64,000 nt of DNA from Felis catus (Eukaryota), in the NCBI RefSeq assembly GCF_018350175.1, contig NC_058368.1, forward strand, positions 90,708,001 to 90,772,000, in the 5' to 3' direction. Within the stretch, counting starts at the first letter, position 1. Each line of letters begins with the position of its first letter. Both the position numbers and the translations under genes were made by a program. The notes under the pieces were generated by a model, which was not told where the DNA came from, did no database searches, and saw only the letters and a program-made list of their open reading frames with translations. This document shows positions 1-12,258 of this stretch, one piece after another.

Positions 1-1014
1 GACAGAACAGGTGGGGATATCATGGAGCCCTGCTCTGCAGAATCCCAGTGAGCTTGTGAATGGTGAGTCCCTAGAAAGTGCCCATGAAGACAGACTGGAT
101 GGGCAGCAGAGGGACAGAGAGCTTGCCTGGGCTAACTGGCAAAGCAGGCGGGGCTGGGGGGGGGGGGAATAACCTCATCCCAGCCAGGCGAGGGCTTTGC
201 TAATAGCAAATGTAGGGGGTGTTGAGGAAGGAGCAAAGCTTCTGCTCTGGGCTGCAGAGAACAGGTGTCCTTGGCACTTTGCTCAACATTCACCTTAGTG
301 AGTTTCCGGCTGAACAGGGTTGTTCTGGAGCCTCATGTGGGGTTGCATATAAGAAATTGAGGATAAGAGGCTGGGTAATGGGAAAAGAGCAGAGTGGACT
401 CAGCCCATGGCATGAGGAGACATGAGGAGGAAAGATGGTCAGTGAGACCTTCCCAGAGGGCCTTTTGCAGACAGTGTCTATGACTCAATTTGATGCTGCA
501 TCCTGTGGTATATGATGGTGGGCTCCCCTGTTACTCCTCCATCCCCCCCATAATATACCCAGATCTCGAGGGGCAGTGACACAGAATGACAGCATGTTAA
601 CTGGGTGTGCATTGAAGTGGGGGCGATGTGCCAGGCCCCTGTGATTTGCAGGGACCCTCAGAGGGCACGTGGTCCCTTCCTCCAAGCAGGATCTTTCTTT
701 TGGAGCCTTGCATCACATGGGAGCCTGGGGCACTTGCAGGGATGGCAGCCGCTCTCCAAAGTCACTTCAAATGGGAAGAACGTTTTCCCTAAGGAGCCCC
801 TTGTCTCCTGGACCTGGAATTGCCTGTTTCTGGTTTGTCTTCCGAGGCCAGAGGAGTAAGTCTCAGGACAGCTCTGTATGTAGCTCTTTATGGAAATAGC
901 TCTCTTGTCTGCCATCCTCTCTTTCCGGGGCCTCCTTTCTTGGTCTCCTTGGCTGCTCTGATGACAGGTTTTAGCCTCCCACTGTTTTGGGCACACTTAC
1001 CCGAAAGTCCTTAT

Positions 1015-1720
1015 GTGCTATAAGAAAGAATTTGTCTGCTTTTTTGTCTTGGGTTCCTGGGAGGAAGCTTCTAAGCACTTGGAATTTTCTGAGTGACAGG
1101 AGAGTTTAGGTTATTCATGGTGGCCCTTGGACCACACCTCAGTTTATGCTAAAGAGATGACTCAGGAAGACCCTGCATGTGATTTGAGGATCAGGGCTTT
1201 GAGCTCTGGGATATTAGCACAACTGCCTGACCTCTGGGGATGGAAGAGGTGCTGGAGATGAAGTTTAATCACACTTGGCCAATGATCCAACCAACCTCAT
1301 CTGTGTAATGAAACCCCAATAAAAACTCTGGATGCGGAGGTTCAGGTGAGTTTCTTGGTTGGTGAACACAGGGGAGGTGTTGTGTCCTGATGTCGGGGGA
1401 GAAGACATGGGGGCTCTGTGTTTGATCTTTCCCAGACCTTGCCTTATGTGTATACTCTACTTTTGGCTGATTATGATTTATATCCTTTATAATAAAACTA
1501 AGCCTAGTACTTTCCTGAGTTCTGTGAGCCATTCTAGTGAATTACTGAAACTGAGGGGGTCATGGGAACCCCCAAATTTGTAACCCGCTGGTCAGAAGTG
1601 CAGGTGGTCTGGGGAACCCCAGACTTGCATAGGTGAGAGAAGGCTCACTGGGGTCTGTGCTTTAACTTGTGGAGTCCGGTGGTAGTTCTTGATGGTGAGC
1701 ACCAGAACTGGATTGCAGTA
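1015..1720 (+). mobile_element. MER21-like solo LTR (ancient ERV)
   Basis: Starts TG; carries MER21-type blocks (ccacacctcagtttatgcta, gtaatgaaaccccaataaaaactctgg, gggtcatgggaacccccaaatttgta, ggtcagaagtgcaggtgg). Confidence 0.75.
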
Positions 1721-2384
1721 TCGCATCCTGCCTCAATAATCCCAGAAAAAATGTGGTACTGAGCTTGCACGGGGGCAGTATTTTCTGCTCCTCATTGTGG
1801 CCCAGTGGCCCCCCAGTACCGTGACTGGGACAGCTCCCTGTGTCCCCTTGCATGAGCTGTGGTCAAGCCTGAGTCACTTGGTGATAAAGCTCCTTGGAGC
1901 ACCTGGGTGGGGGAGGGTTTAGGCAGGAGCTAAGTTCTAGGTCTCTACGCATCTGGTTCTAAAATCCATCTGACCCCATCCCCCACCCCCAATGACATAA
2001 CAAAACTGTACCTTTAGAGAATCTGGGAGACAGAGGAAAGCTCCAAGCATCAAATTACATTTAGCTATAGCCAAACGCTGTCTCAGTGGGGCAACAGGAC
2101 CAGAAAGGGGAGCGGGGAAGAGTCTAACAGTCAGGTCCTGGAAGGTGAGGGCCCCACCCTGAGGGGGGACTGCTGTGAACAAGACTGAAAATTAGTGGGA
2201 GGGGATGAGAGAAGGAGTGGATGGGCCTCCAGTGAGCTCAGAAGTAGCCAACCTAGAAAGAACCCATTTGGGAAGAGAGTGCATCCCTGGAAGGCAGCCA
2301 CAGCATCGCCTGGGGACAGCTGCTTGTGCGGGAGCGAGAGGGGCTCAGGATTTGGGAAAGAACCCTCTTTTAGTTTTAGTTTGC

Positions 2385-2439
2385 TCTTTTTTTTTTTTTT
2401 CCAGTATCTTACGGTAGAAAATTAGGTTATTGATTTGAG

Positions 2440-2497
<58 letters not shown>

Positions 2498-2850
2498 TTC
2501 TTCTTTTTTTTAAAAAAAGATTTACTTATTTTTGAGAGAGTGTAAGCAGGGGAGGGGCAGAGAGAATGGGACAGAGGATCCAAAGTGGGTTCTGTGCTGG
2601 CAGGCTGACAGCAGTGAGCCCGATGTGAGGCTCAAACTCATGAACCATGAGATCATGATCTGAGTGGAAGTTGGTCGCTTAACCTACCAAGCCACCCAGG
2701 TGCCCCAAGATCTTTCTTCTTACTTAATATAGGTGGTTACAGCTATAGCTTTCCCTCTAGGCACCGTTTTAGCTGCCCACCATAAGTTTTGGTATGTAGT
2801 GTCTCTATTTTCATTCATCTCAAAGTATTTTCTGATTTCTCTTTGCATTT
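2385..2850 (-). mobile_element. old L1 ORF2 fragment interrupted by a SINE
   Basis: ttaggttattgatttgagatctttct...ttccctctaggcaccgttttagctgc...ttcattcatctcaaagtattttctgatttc matches the L1 ORF2 antisense strand. Confidence 0.7.
2445..2706 (-). mobile_element. Can-SINE (felid type) with (TTTC)n-expanded tail
   Basis: SINE body plus gccacccaggtgcccc head; TSD agatctttct. Confidence 0.95.
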
Positions 2851-2869
2851 TTTTTTAATTTTTAACGTT

Positions 2870-2908
<39 letters not shown>

Positions 2909-3096
2909 TTTTGAGAGACAGAGACAGAGCATGAGCTGGGGAGAGGCAGAGAGAGAGGCAAACACAGAATTTGAAGCAGGCTCCAGGCTCTGAGCTGTCA
3001 TCACAGAGCCTGATGCAGGGCTTGAACCCATGAACCACAAGATCGTGACCTGAGCCGAAGTTGGACGCTTAACTGACTGAGCCACCCAGGCGTCCC
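2850..3096 (-). mobile_element. Can-SINE
   Basis: Full body, (TTTA)n tail; no obvious TSD. Confidence 0.95.
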
Positions 3097-3360
3097 ATAC
3101 AGCTCACTTAAATATCAGTAACACAATAGGTATAACTGTACATTTATACAGAACGTCAGAAAAGAAAAAAATAGAATTTTTCTGCAGGTAAAGAAAGTAC
3201 ATAAGAAAAATGTTGCCAAAGGTGAGGAAAAGTTATACCCTAATTTTCTAACATAATAATAATAATAGTTAATAATAAATACCTCAGTGAAATAGTGGAA
3301 GCTATGACAAAAGACCACAAAGCAGAAATTTAGGATCTTGGGATAGAAATAGCCAGACAA

Positions 3361-3575
3361 GGGGTGCCTGGGTGGCTCAGTTGGTTGAGTGATTGACCAC
3401 TGATTTCAGCTTAGGTCAGAATCTCATGGTTTGTGAGTTCAAACCCCAAGTGGGGGTCCTTGCTGACAGTTCAGAGTCTGCTTGGGAATCTCTGTCTCTC
3501 CCTTTCTCTCTCTTTGCTCCTCCCCCCACCCCCACTCTCTCTCAAAATAAATAAATAAACTAAAAAAAAAAAATA
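3361..3575 (+). mobile_element. Can-SINE
   Basis: ggggtgcctgggtggctcag head; TSD aaata(g/a)ccagacaa. Confidence 0.95.
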
Positions 3576-4060
3576 ACCAGACAAGAAGACAAGAAGAAGA
3601 GATGGATGGGTAATGGGTGGACATTAGGAACTGGTAGAAGTTAGGAAAGAGAAGAAAAAACAAAATAATTTCAACAAAGTAATGAACACTAAATTAAAAG
3701 GAGTGCAAAAGAGGAATGGAGCAGAAAGCACAATAAGGCATACAGAGGTTAGAAATGAAAAAAAAAAACCCATGAAATAGAAATAAAGGGATGAAAAAGA
3801 TTAAAGATACCAGGATCAATTGTGAAAGACTTTGAAAGGGACCAAAAAGATTATTGGGCATGTTCAATAGAAAACTCTGCTTTGGAATGTAATGAAAAAC
3901 TAAGCACCACCTTCTGGATTTGCTCTCTCCTGGGTCTGTGCCTTTCATTGTCTTTGTGCTGTTTTATAATCTTGTAAAGGACAGATAACCAATAGCAACA
4001 CAAGTGATTTTTTTATGCAAATGAACTCTTTCTGATGGAAAGAAACACTGATGTCCCATG

Positions 4061-4499
4061 GTGGTGGGCAGAATAATGGTCCTCAGAAGACTGGCGTCTT
4101 AATCCCTGTAATCTGTGAATGCCGTTACTTTACATGGCAAAGGGGGTTGTGCAGATATGATTAAATTAAAGATTTTGAGATGAGGAGATTATCTTGAATT
4201 ATCCAGGAGGGCCCAATGTAATCATGAGAGTCCTTATAACCAGGAAAGTCAGAATTAGAAAAGGAGATGTTGGAAGCAGAGCTTGGAGAAATGCATGGTC
4301 ACAAACCAGAGAATAAGCGCAGCCTCTAGAAACTGGAAAAAGGCAGGAGAGCGATTCTCCCCTAGAGTCTCCAAAAGGAAAACAGCTTTGCCAATACATT
4401 TCAGACTTCTGACCTTTAAAACTGTAAGATAATCAATTTGTTGTTTCAGGACAGTAATTTTGTGGTAACTTGTCATAGCAGCAATAGGAAACTAATACA
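4061..4499 (+). mobile_element. MLT1 (MLT1D-like) MaLR LTR
   Basis: ggcagaataatggtcc...ttactttacatggcaaagg...gcagcaataggaaactaataca. Confidence 0.9.
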
Positions 4500-4709
4500 T
4501 ACTTCATCAAAAAAGATCAATTTTATATCTCTTTGTAAATTCATTTTATGTTCTATATAGGTCTCTGTTCTTTGAATTCTCCTTTGAACTGGTTGTAATG
4601 TTTTATTGATTTTATCATTAATCAATGAGTGAAAGAAACTATTTTAAATGTGTTTATTTTATATTTTTATGAATTCATTATTTCAGTCTTAAAAATTATT
4701 TTTGATGGT

Positions 4710-6315
4710 GTTTCCATTCAATGGGGGAAAAGATGGTCTTTGCAAAGTTGTTATGAAATGGTGCTGGGAAAACTGGATATCCACATCTAATCATATGCAA
4801 AATCTTTATCTAATCATATGCAAAAATTAAGTCAAAATGAGTAATAGACCTAAGTGTAAGAGCCAAAACTATAAAACCCTTAGATGAAATCACTGGGGAA
4901 ATTTTCATGACATTGGATTTAGCAATAATTTCTTGGATATGACACCAAAGGAACAGGGAACAAAAGAAAAAATGGACAAATTGTATTTCCATCAAAATTA
5001 AAAATATTTATTTATTAATTTATTTATTTGAGAGAGAGAGGGAGAGTGAGTGGGGAAGAGGGGCAGAGAGAGAGAAGAAGAATCTTAAGCAGGCTTCATG
5101 CTCAGCATAGAACCCAGTGGCCCTGGGATCATGATCTGAACTGAAATCAAGAGTCAGACATTCAACTGACTGAACCACCCTGACACCCCCATATTAAAAA
5201 CGGAACCAACAAAATAAAAAGGTAGCCCATGGAGTAGGAGAAAATATTTGCGAATCTCCTATCTGGTAAAGGGTTGATATCCAGGTTATACGGAGAACTT
5301 CTGAAACTCAATAACAAAAAAGTCAAACAACTCTATTCAAAATTAGGCAAAGAACTTGAATAGACATTTTCCAAAGAGCATATTTAAATGACCAGTAAGC
5401 ACATGAAAAGATGCCTGATATCAATAATCATAAGGGAAATGCAAATAAAAACCACAATGAGATACCACTTCACACCTATTAGAATGGTTATAATAATAAA
5501 AAAAAAACAGAAAACAACATGTTGGTATGGATGGAACCCTTGCGCATTGCTGGTAGGAATGGAAAATGTTGCAGACACTGTGGAAAGTGGTAGAGCACTT
5601 CTTCAAAATATTAGATGTGGAATTATCATTTGATGAAGTAATTTCACTTCTGAGTATATACCCAAAAATTGAAAGCAAGAACTTGAACAGATATTTGTGC
5701 ATCATGTTCATACAGCATTACTCACAATAGCCAAAAGGTGGGAACAACCCAAGTGTCCATGAATGAATGCATGGATAAAGAAAATGTGGGTATACAATGA
5801 AATATTATCAACTTTAAAAAGGAAGGAGATTCTGATACTTGCTACAACATAGATTGAAGACATTTTGCTAAGTCAGATAAGCCTGGCACAAAAGGGTAAA
5901 TACTGTGTGATTTTGCTAATATGAAGTACCCAGAGTAGTCAGTTTCATAGAGACAGAAAGTAGAACAGTGGTTCCAAGGGCCTGGGAGCAGGAGGAAGTA
6001 GGGAATTAGTGTTTAATGGCTGGAGTGTCAGTTTGGAATGATGAAAATGTTCTGTAGATGTGTGATGGTTGCAACAAAAGGAATGTACTTGATTCTACTG
6101 AACTGTACACTTAAAAATGGTTATAATACAGGGGGTGCCTGGGTGGCTCAGTCAGTTAAACATCTGACACTTGTGATCAGCTCAGGTATTGATCTCAGGG
6201 TTGTGAGTTCAAACCCCACATTGGGCTCCACACTAGGTGTGAAGCCTACTTAAAAAAATTGGTTACAATGGTAAATATTATTTTATATACTTTTTATCAC
6301 AATAAAATAAATAAA
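4710..6315 (+). mobile_element. 5'-truncated L1MB-like element (ORF2 C-terminus plus 3'UTR); SINEs inserted at ~5005-5190(-) and 6131-6258(+)
   Basis: ORF 5388-5633 KHMKRCLISIIIREMQIKTTMRYHFTPIRM is L1 ORF2 C-terminal sequence; L1MB-type 3'UTR ends in aataaaa. Confidence 0.9.
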
Positions 6316-6389
6316 AATTATCTTCTAATAAAAAGTGATATATAGAGAAAACCAGTAAGAGAGACCCAATAGCTACATCATTGGAATCT

Positions 6390-7329
6390 TTTATTATTTT
6401 TTATTTAAATTCAAGTTAGTTAACATATAGTGTAGTATTGGTTTCAGGAGTAGAATTTAGTGATTCATCACTTACATAAAACACCCAGTTATCATCACAA
6501 GTGCCCTCCTTAATGCCTGTCACCCATCTAGCCCATCCCTCCACTCTCCTCCCCTCCAGCAACCCTCAGTTTGTTCTCTGTATTTAAGTCTCTTATGTTT
6601 TGCTTCTTCTCTGTTTTTCTCTTATTTTCCTTCCCTTCTCCTGTGTTCATCTGTTTTCTTCCTTAAATTCCACAGGAGTGAAATCATATGTTATTTGTCT
6701 TTCTCTGACTAATTTCACATAACGTAATACATTCTAGTTTCATCCACGTTGTTGTAAATGGACAGATTTCATTCTTTTTGATCACTGAGTAATATTCCAT
6801 TATATATATATGCCACATCTTCTTTATCCATTCATTGGTCGTTGGACATTTGGGCTCTTTCCATACTTTGGCTATTGTTGATAGTGCTGCTATAAACATT
6901 GGGGTGCATGTGCCCCTTTGAATCGGCATTTTTGTATCCTTTGGATAAATACCCAGTAGTACAATTGGTGGGTTGTAGGGTAGTTCTATTTTTAATTTTT
7001 TGAGGAACCTCCATACTGTTTTCTAGAGTGGCTGCACCAGTTTGCATTCCCACCAACAGCATAAGACAGTTCCTCTTTCTCCACATCCTCTCCAACACCT
7101 GCATTTTTTCCTGAGTTGTTAACGTTAGCCATTCTGACAGGTGTGAGGTGGTATCTCCATGTGGTTTTGATTTGTATCTCCCTGATGATGAGTGATGTTA
7201 AGCATTTTTTCATGTGTCGGTTGACCATCTAGATGTCTTCTTTGGAAAAGTGTCTATTCATGTCTTCTGCCCATTTCTTCACTGGATTATTTTTTGGGGG
7301 GATGCTTAGTTTGATAAGTTCTTTATATG
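6390..7329 (-). mobile_element. carnivore-specific L1, 5'-truncated
   Basis: ORF2 C-terminal peptides (CTPMFIAALSTIAKVWKEPKCP), carnivore 3'UTR, TSD cat(c/a)attggaatct at 6376-6389 and 7330-7343. Confidence 0.95.
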
Positions 7330-8019
7330 CATAATTGGAATCTACAGGGAAGAAACCAAAAGAGTGATTCAGAACACACATTTAAAAAATAATTGAAGAA
7401 ATCTTTCTTGAAATAGATTTTAGTCTATACATTGAGAACACACAATGTATTCCAGGGAAAATTGACACAGAATGTCATTACTGCTACCTGTCCTAGAAAA
7501 TGACTGGACTTTAAAGATAAAGGAAGAATCTTGCACAGTCAGGCAAAAATGTTACTTGAGGGAAAGAAACTAGTTGGCATCACACTTCTCCATCACTCAA
7601 AGTCAACACAAAGTCAGAAGACAGGGTGGTAACAGCCATAAGATTGCCAATAAAAGAAAATGGGAGCCAAGACTTATCTAGCTAAGTTAAACTGTATGAG
7701 GGCTAGAAAGTATTAAACATTCAATAGCAGAAACCACAGGGTTCGCTTGGCTGAAGGTTCACTAAGATTGAGATGACAGGAAATTTGGGCAAAAGGTCTG
7801 ATGGAGGGTATTGGGTATGAGTAATTGCTGAGCTAATACTAATGTCGTATGTCCTGACAATGCAGATAGAATCAACTTACAAGACATGGGAGGAAAAGGG
7901 GCAGTAGAATAAAAAAAAAAAGGTGTAGAATGAATAAACAAAGAAAGTAGAAGGTAGAATTAAGTTTGAGGGTTGCTTTGTATGCAATAGAGTTCAAGAT
8001 ATTAAAAAAATTATTTATT

Positions 8020-8236
8020 ATTTATTTTTTTAAATTAAGCTTTTTATTTGGATTCCAGTATAATTCACATACAGTGTGATATTGTTTCAGGTGTACACTA
8101 TAGTGATTTAACAATTCCATACATCACCCGGTGCTCATCTCAAGTGCCCTCCTTAATCCTGATCACCTGTTTCACCCATTCCCCCCTGCCCACCTCCCCT
8201 ATGGTAACCATCAGTTTGTTCTCCATAGTTAAGAGT
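8020..8236 (-). mobile_element. carnivore L1 3' end
   Basis: caagtgccctccttaatc...cccacctcccctatggtaaccatcagtttgttctc. Confidence 0.85.
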
Positions 8237-8258
8237 TAAAGGTATTTTTTTTTTTTTA

Positions 8259-8419
8259 TGGGGCGCTTGGGTGGTTCAGTCAAACTTCCGACTTTGGTTC
8301 AGATCATGTTCTCACAGTTCTTGAGTTCAATCTTCCCATTGGGCTCTGTGCTGACAGCTCAGAGCCTGGAGTCTGCTTCAGATTCTGTCTCCCTCTCTGC
8401 CCCTCCCCGCTTGCACTCT

Positions 8420-8470
<51 letters not shown>

Positions 8471-8707
8471 AAATAAATAAACATTAAAAATTTTTTTTGA
8501 AAGTACTATTATTTTTTTTTTAATTTTATTTGAGACAGAGAGAGAGCGTGCAGAAGTGAGGGAGGTGGGCAGAGGGAGAGAGAGAATCCTAAGCAGGCTC
8601 CATGCTCAGCACAGAGCCTGACACAGGGCTTGATCCCACAACACTGAGGTCATGACCCCAGAAATCAAGAGGTGGGCACTCAGTTGAGTGAGCCACCCAG
8701 GCGCCCC
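8259..8707. mobile_element. two Can-SINEs tail-to-tail (8259-8490 +, 8508-8707 -)
   Basis: Both bodies recognisable; outer TSD aagagttaaaggta at 8231-8244 and 8708-8721. Confidence 0.95.
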
Positions 8708-9174
8708 AAGAGTTAAAGGTAAATACCTAGTTAGTTGTAAAACTAACCAAGTGGAAGGAATTTAAGCATATTTAAGAAGGCAAAGGTAAATAAAAATAAA
8801 GAAACCATTAGACAAACAAAGGTAGAGAAAAAGAAGCCCAATGTCCTAAATTGGGATATAGAGGACAGGGAAGAAATAGGAGAGATGGGGCTATAAACTT
8901 TTTTTTTCCCTGCTCTACATAGTAGGAAAGTAACAAGCACCTGAAACAGGAGGGGACAAGAGTTGTTATACAAAAATTTAACACATGAGCACTGCTCGTG
9001 GCCTATTAGTCTGGCCGTGACTGATGGCCTCTATTCCAGTGGGACAACAGCTCCAGCAACAAGTGACTGACTGACTCGTGGCTCTCAGGGTCAGGTCCTG
9101 GGGGCACAAGGCTTAGGGAGGGGGAGAAGAAAGATTTAACCTATAAGTTTATGCATAATTTTAGTTTATTAAAA

Positions 9175-9746
9175 GATTTTTAAAAAGAATGTTCATTTAT
9201 TTTAAGAGAGAGAGAAAGAGTAAGCATGGAGGAGGGGCAGAGAGGGAGACAGAATCCCAAGTAGGCTCTGTGCTGGCAGTGCAGAGGCTGACTCAGGGCT
9301 TGATCTCACAAATTGTGAGATCATGATCTGAGCTGAAATCAAGAGCTGAATGCTTGATCGACTGAGCCACCCAGGCACCTCTAAAAATATTTAAAAAATT
9401 TTTAAAATATTTTATTTTTTATTTTTGAGAGAGACAGAGAGAGGGACAGAGAGACAGAGCCAGAGCCAGAGAGACAGAGCATGAGCAGGGGAGGGGCAGA
9501 CAGATGGAGACAGAATTTGAAGCAGGCTTCAGGCTCTGAGCTGTCAGCACAGAGCCCGATGCAGGGCTCGAACCCATGAGCAGTGAGATCATGACCTGAG
9601 CTGAAGTCAGACGCCTAACTGACTGAGCCACCCAGGCGCTCCTAGAATTTTTTAATGTAAATAATCTCTACACTCAATGTGGAGCTTGAACTCAGGACCC
9701 TGAGATCAAGAGTCACATCCTCCTTCAACTAAGCCAGCCAGGTGCC
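9175..9746 (-). mobile_element. three tandem Can-SINEs (two long, one short older type)
   Basis: Heads end at ~9381, ~9642 and ~9746; outer TSD tttatgcataattttagt. Confidence 0.9.
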
Positions 9747-9926
9747 TTTTATGCATAATTTTAGTAATCAATAAAATAAAAATACAAACCTTGCCAAAAT
9801 TAGAATAATAAAACGAGCAAACTGACCACATGCTAAAGTAATTTAATGTATATGTGATAGGTAAGTACAACATTAAATAGTAGAACTAAGAAGAAATGTA
9901 CTTCATATCAATAAATATAAATGTGC

Positions 9927-10135
9927 TGGGGCGCCTGGGTGGCTCAGTCAGTTAAGCATCCAGCTCTTGGTGTCAGCTCAGGTCATGATGTCATGGTTGG
10001 TAAGTTCGAGCCCCCCATACGGCTCTGTGATGACAGTGAGGAGCCTGCTTGGGAGTCTCTCCCTCTCTCTCTGCCCCTTCCCTGCTCTCTCTCTCTCAAA
10101 ATAAATAAATAAACATTAAAAAAATTTAAAAAAAT
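9927..10135 (+). mobile_element. Can-SINE
   Basis: ggggcgcctgggtggctcag head, (CT)n, A-rich tail. Confidence 0.95.
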
Positions 10136-10139
10136 GTAA

Positions 10140-10905
10140 GTGTGCTAAACTCATCTTTTAAAAGAAAGAGATTTTCAGATTAGATCACAAAGTAAAAATC
10201 TAACTTTGTGTTGCACACTAGAGACAAACCTAAAACAAAGATTCAGAAAAGATAAAAATAAAAGAATAGGCAAGCATAATAGCTAAATGTGAAAAAATAA
10301 AATTAGGGATTATAATCAAAATATACAAAAGATAGAATTTATATAAAAAGTATTAAATGGGGGCGCCTGTGTGGCACAGTTAGTTAAGCGTCCAGCTTCG
10401 GCTCAGGTCATGATCTCACAGTTTGTGGGTTTGAGCCCTGCCTTGGGCTCTGTGCTAACAGCTCGGAGCCTGGAGCCTGCTTTGGATTCTGTGTCTCCCT
10501 TTCTCTCTGTCCCTCCCCTGCTCACACTCTCTCTCTCTCTCAAAAATGAATAAACATTAAAAAAATTTTTTTAAGTATTAAATGAGCCAAAGAAGGATAT
10601 TTTATGACGCTGAAGTTTACAATTCTCAACAAAGATATAATAATTATGGATATCTATACACCAAGTAGCAGCAACTGTTGGAAAAACTGGGTAGCTTTTT
10701 GGAAAAATACAAAGTTGGAGTCATACCTCACAGTGCTCATGATAAGTTTCAAATGTATCAAAGATTTGAATTCGAAAAGTGAAATCATACAATTACTAGA
10801 AGATCACATGGCAAATTTCTTTATAACCTTTGAAATGGGGACATCCTTTCTATCACTCAAAGTTAAAAGCCATCAAATAGGTCTGATAAATTTGATTATA
10901 TTAAG
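10140..10905 (+). mobile_element. ancient L1 ORF2 remnant: endonuclease region joined to C-terminal region; SINE at 10359-10565(+)
   Basis: EN-like KEGYFMTLKFTILNKDIIIMDIYTPS followed directly by C-terminal-like CWKNW...KLESYLT...KCIKDLN. Confidence 0.7.
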
Positions 10906-12179
10906 AGGAATTTTCTATTCTGCTCCTGGGAAAGATGGAATAGATATACTTTCCCTATATCTCCTAAGTAGAACTAAAACTCCTAGAAAACAAACATAGG
11001 GTGGAGAGATAAAGGCAGACTGATGAAAGTTCTCAACAAAGCCTTCTGTCTGTGGCTAAAGGACTAGGAGAGAGACAGCCTAGCAAGACAGAAAATTTTT
11101 AGACAATAGCTACTCTACTTCCGCCAAATTCCACAGGAAAAATGATCCCTTTCCCCTCTCCTCACCCACTGCCATCACCAAAGGCTGTGTGAAGAGCCTA
11201 GACTTCCATTCTTGCCTGGCTGTAATGAGGTACTCTAATCTACGCCCTCATCACTGGGTGGTGTTGGACAAGGCCAAGTGAGGAGCCAAGACTTGTGTCC
11301 CTTCTGGGTGCAAACAATGTTACCCCAGCACCCTGCTGTGTCAGTGGAGAACTTGGGTAGCCTGGACTTTTGCCTCTACTCAGCAGTAACAAGGTATCCC
11401 TTTGCCTGTTTGTTGGGAGTGTTGTTGGAGGAGATATAGGGGAGAGCCAGGGATTCAACCAGTTGTTAACAGTAATGAGGCCATCCCCTCAAGGTGTCAG
11501 TGGAGACCTTGTGGGGAGCACTAAGGAGGCACCCCTCCCTCTCTGGGCTGGGTGGTACCCACAGAGGCTGAGTTAGGAACTTGAACTCCCATCCCTGCCC
11601 AGCAGTATCAAGGAGCCCTTCCACACCAGGAAGACATGTTAACCCTAAATGTGTATATATCAAACAGAACTGTAAAATATGCATAGCAAAAACTAAAAAA
11701 AAAAAAAAAAAAAAAACAACTGGAAGAGATAGAGATCTCCACAATGATAGTTGGAGATTTCAACACCCTTCCTCAACAATTAATAGGACAAATTAGACAG
11801 AAAATCATCAAAGATCTAGAAAATTCAACTATATCATCAACCTACAAGATGTAATTGATGTTTATACAACAGTCCACCCCATAAGCGGAGCACACATCCC
11901 TCTCAAGCACCCACAGATCAGACACCAAGGTAGACCATATCCGGTGCCATGAAACAAACGTCAAAAAATGTAAAATAACTGAAATCATACAGAATGTGTT
12001 CTCCAACTCTACCAGAATCAGACTAGAAATCACTAACAAAAATAACAGGAAATCTCCAAACACTTGGAAACTAAACAGCACACTTCTTTTTTTTCCTTCC
12101 TTCCTTCCTTCCTTCCTTCTTTCTTTCTTTCTTTCTCTCTTTCTTTCTTTCTTTCTTTCTAGGTTCAGGCCCCTTTGTA

Positions 12180-12204
12180 AAAATTTTTTAAGTGTTTATT
12201 TAAT

Positions 12205-12258
<54 letters not shown>

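Larger units (their letters stand above)
3120..7750 (+). mobile_element. ancient L1 ORF1-like / HAL1-like fossil in pieces (~3120-3850, 6333-6389, 7330-7750)
   Basis: A-rich decayed ORF1-like sequence (gagacccaat...attggaatct...aataattgaagaaatctttcttgaaat...gactttaaagataaaggaagaatctt...ttggcatcacacttctc), collinear across later insertions. Confidence 0.55.

Noticed and set aside
4785..4825. Short local duplications (atctaatcatatgcaaaa x2; similar ones at ~14043, ~43076, ~57018)
   Set aside because: Ordinary slippage duplications, mostly inside dead repeats.
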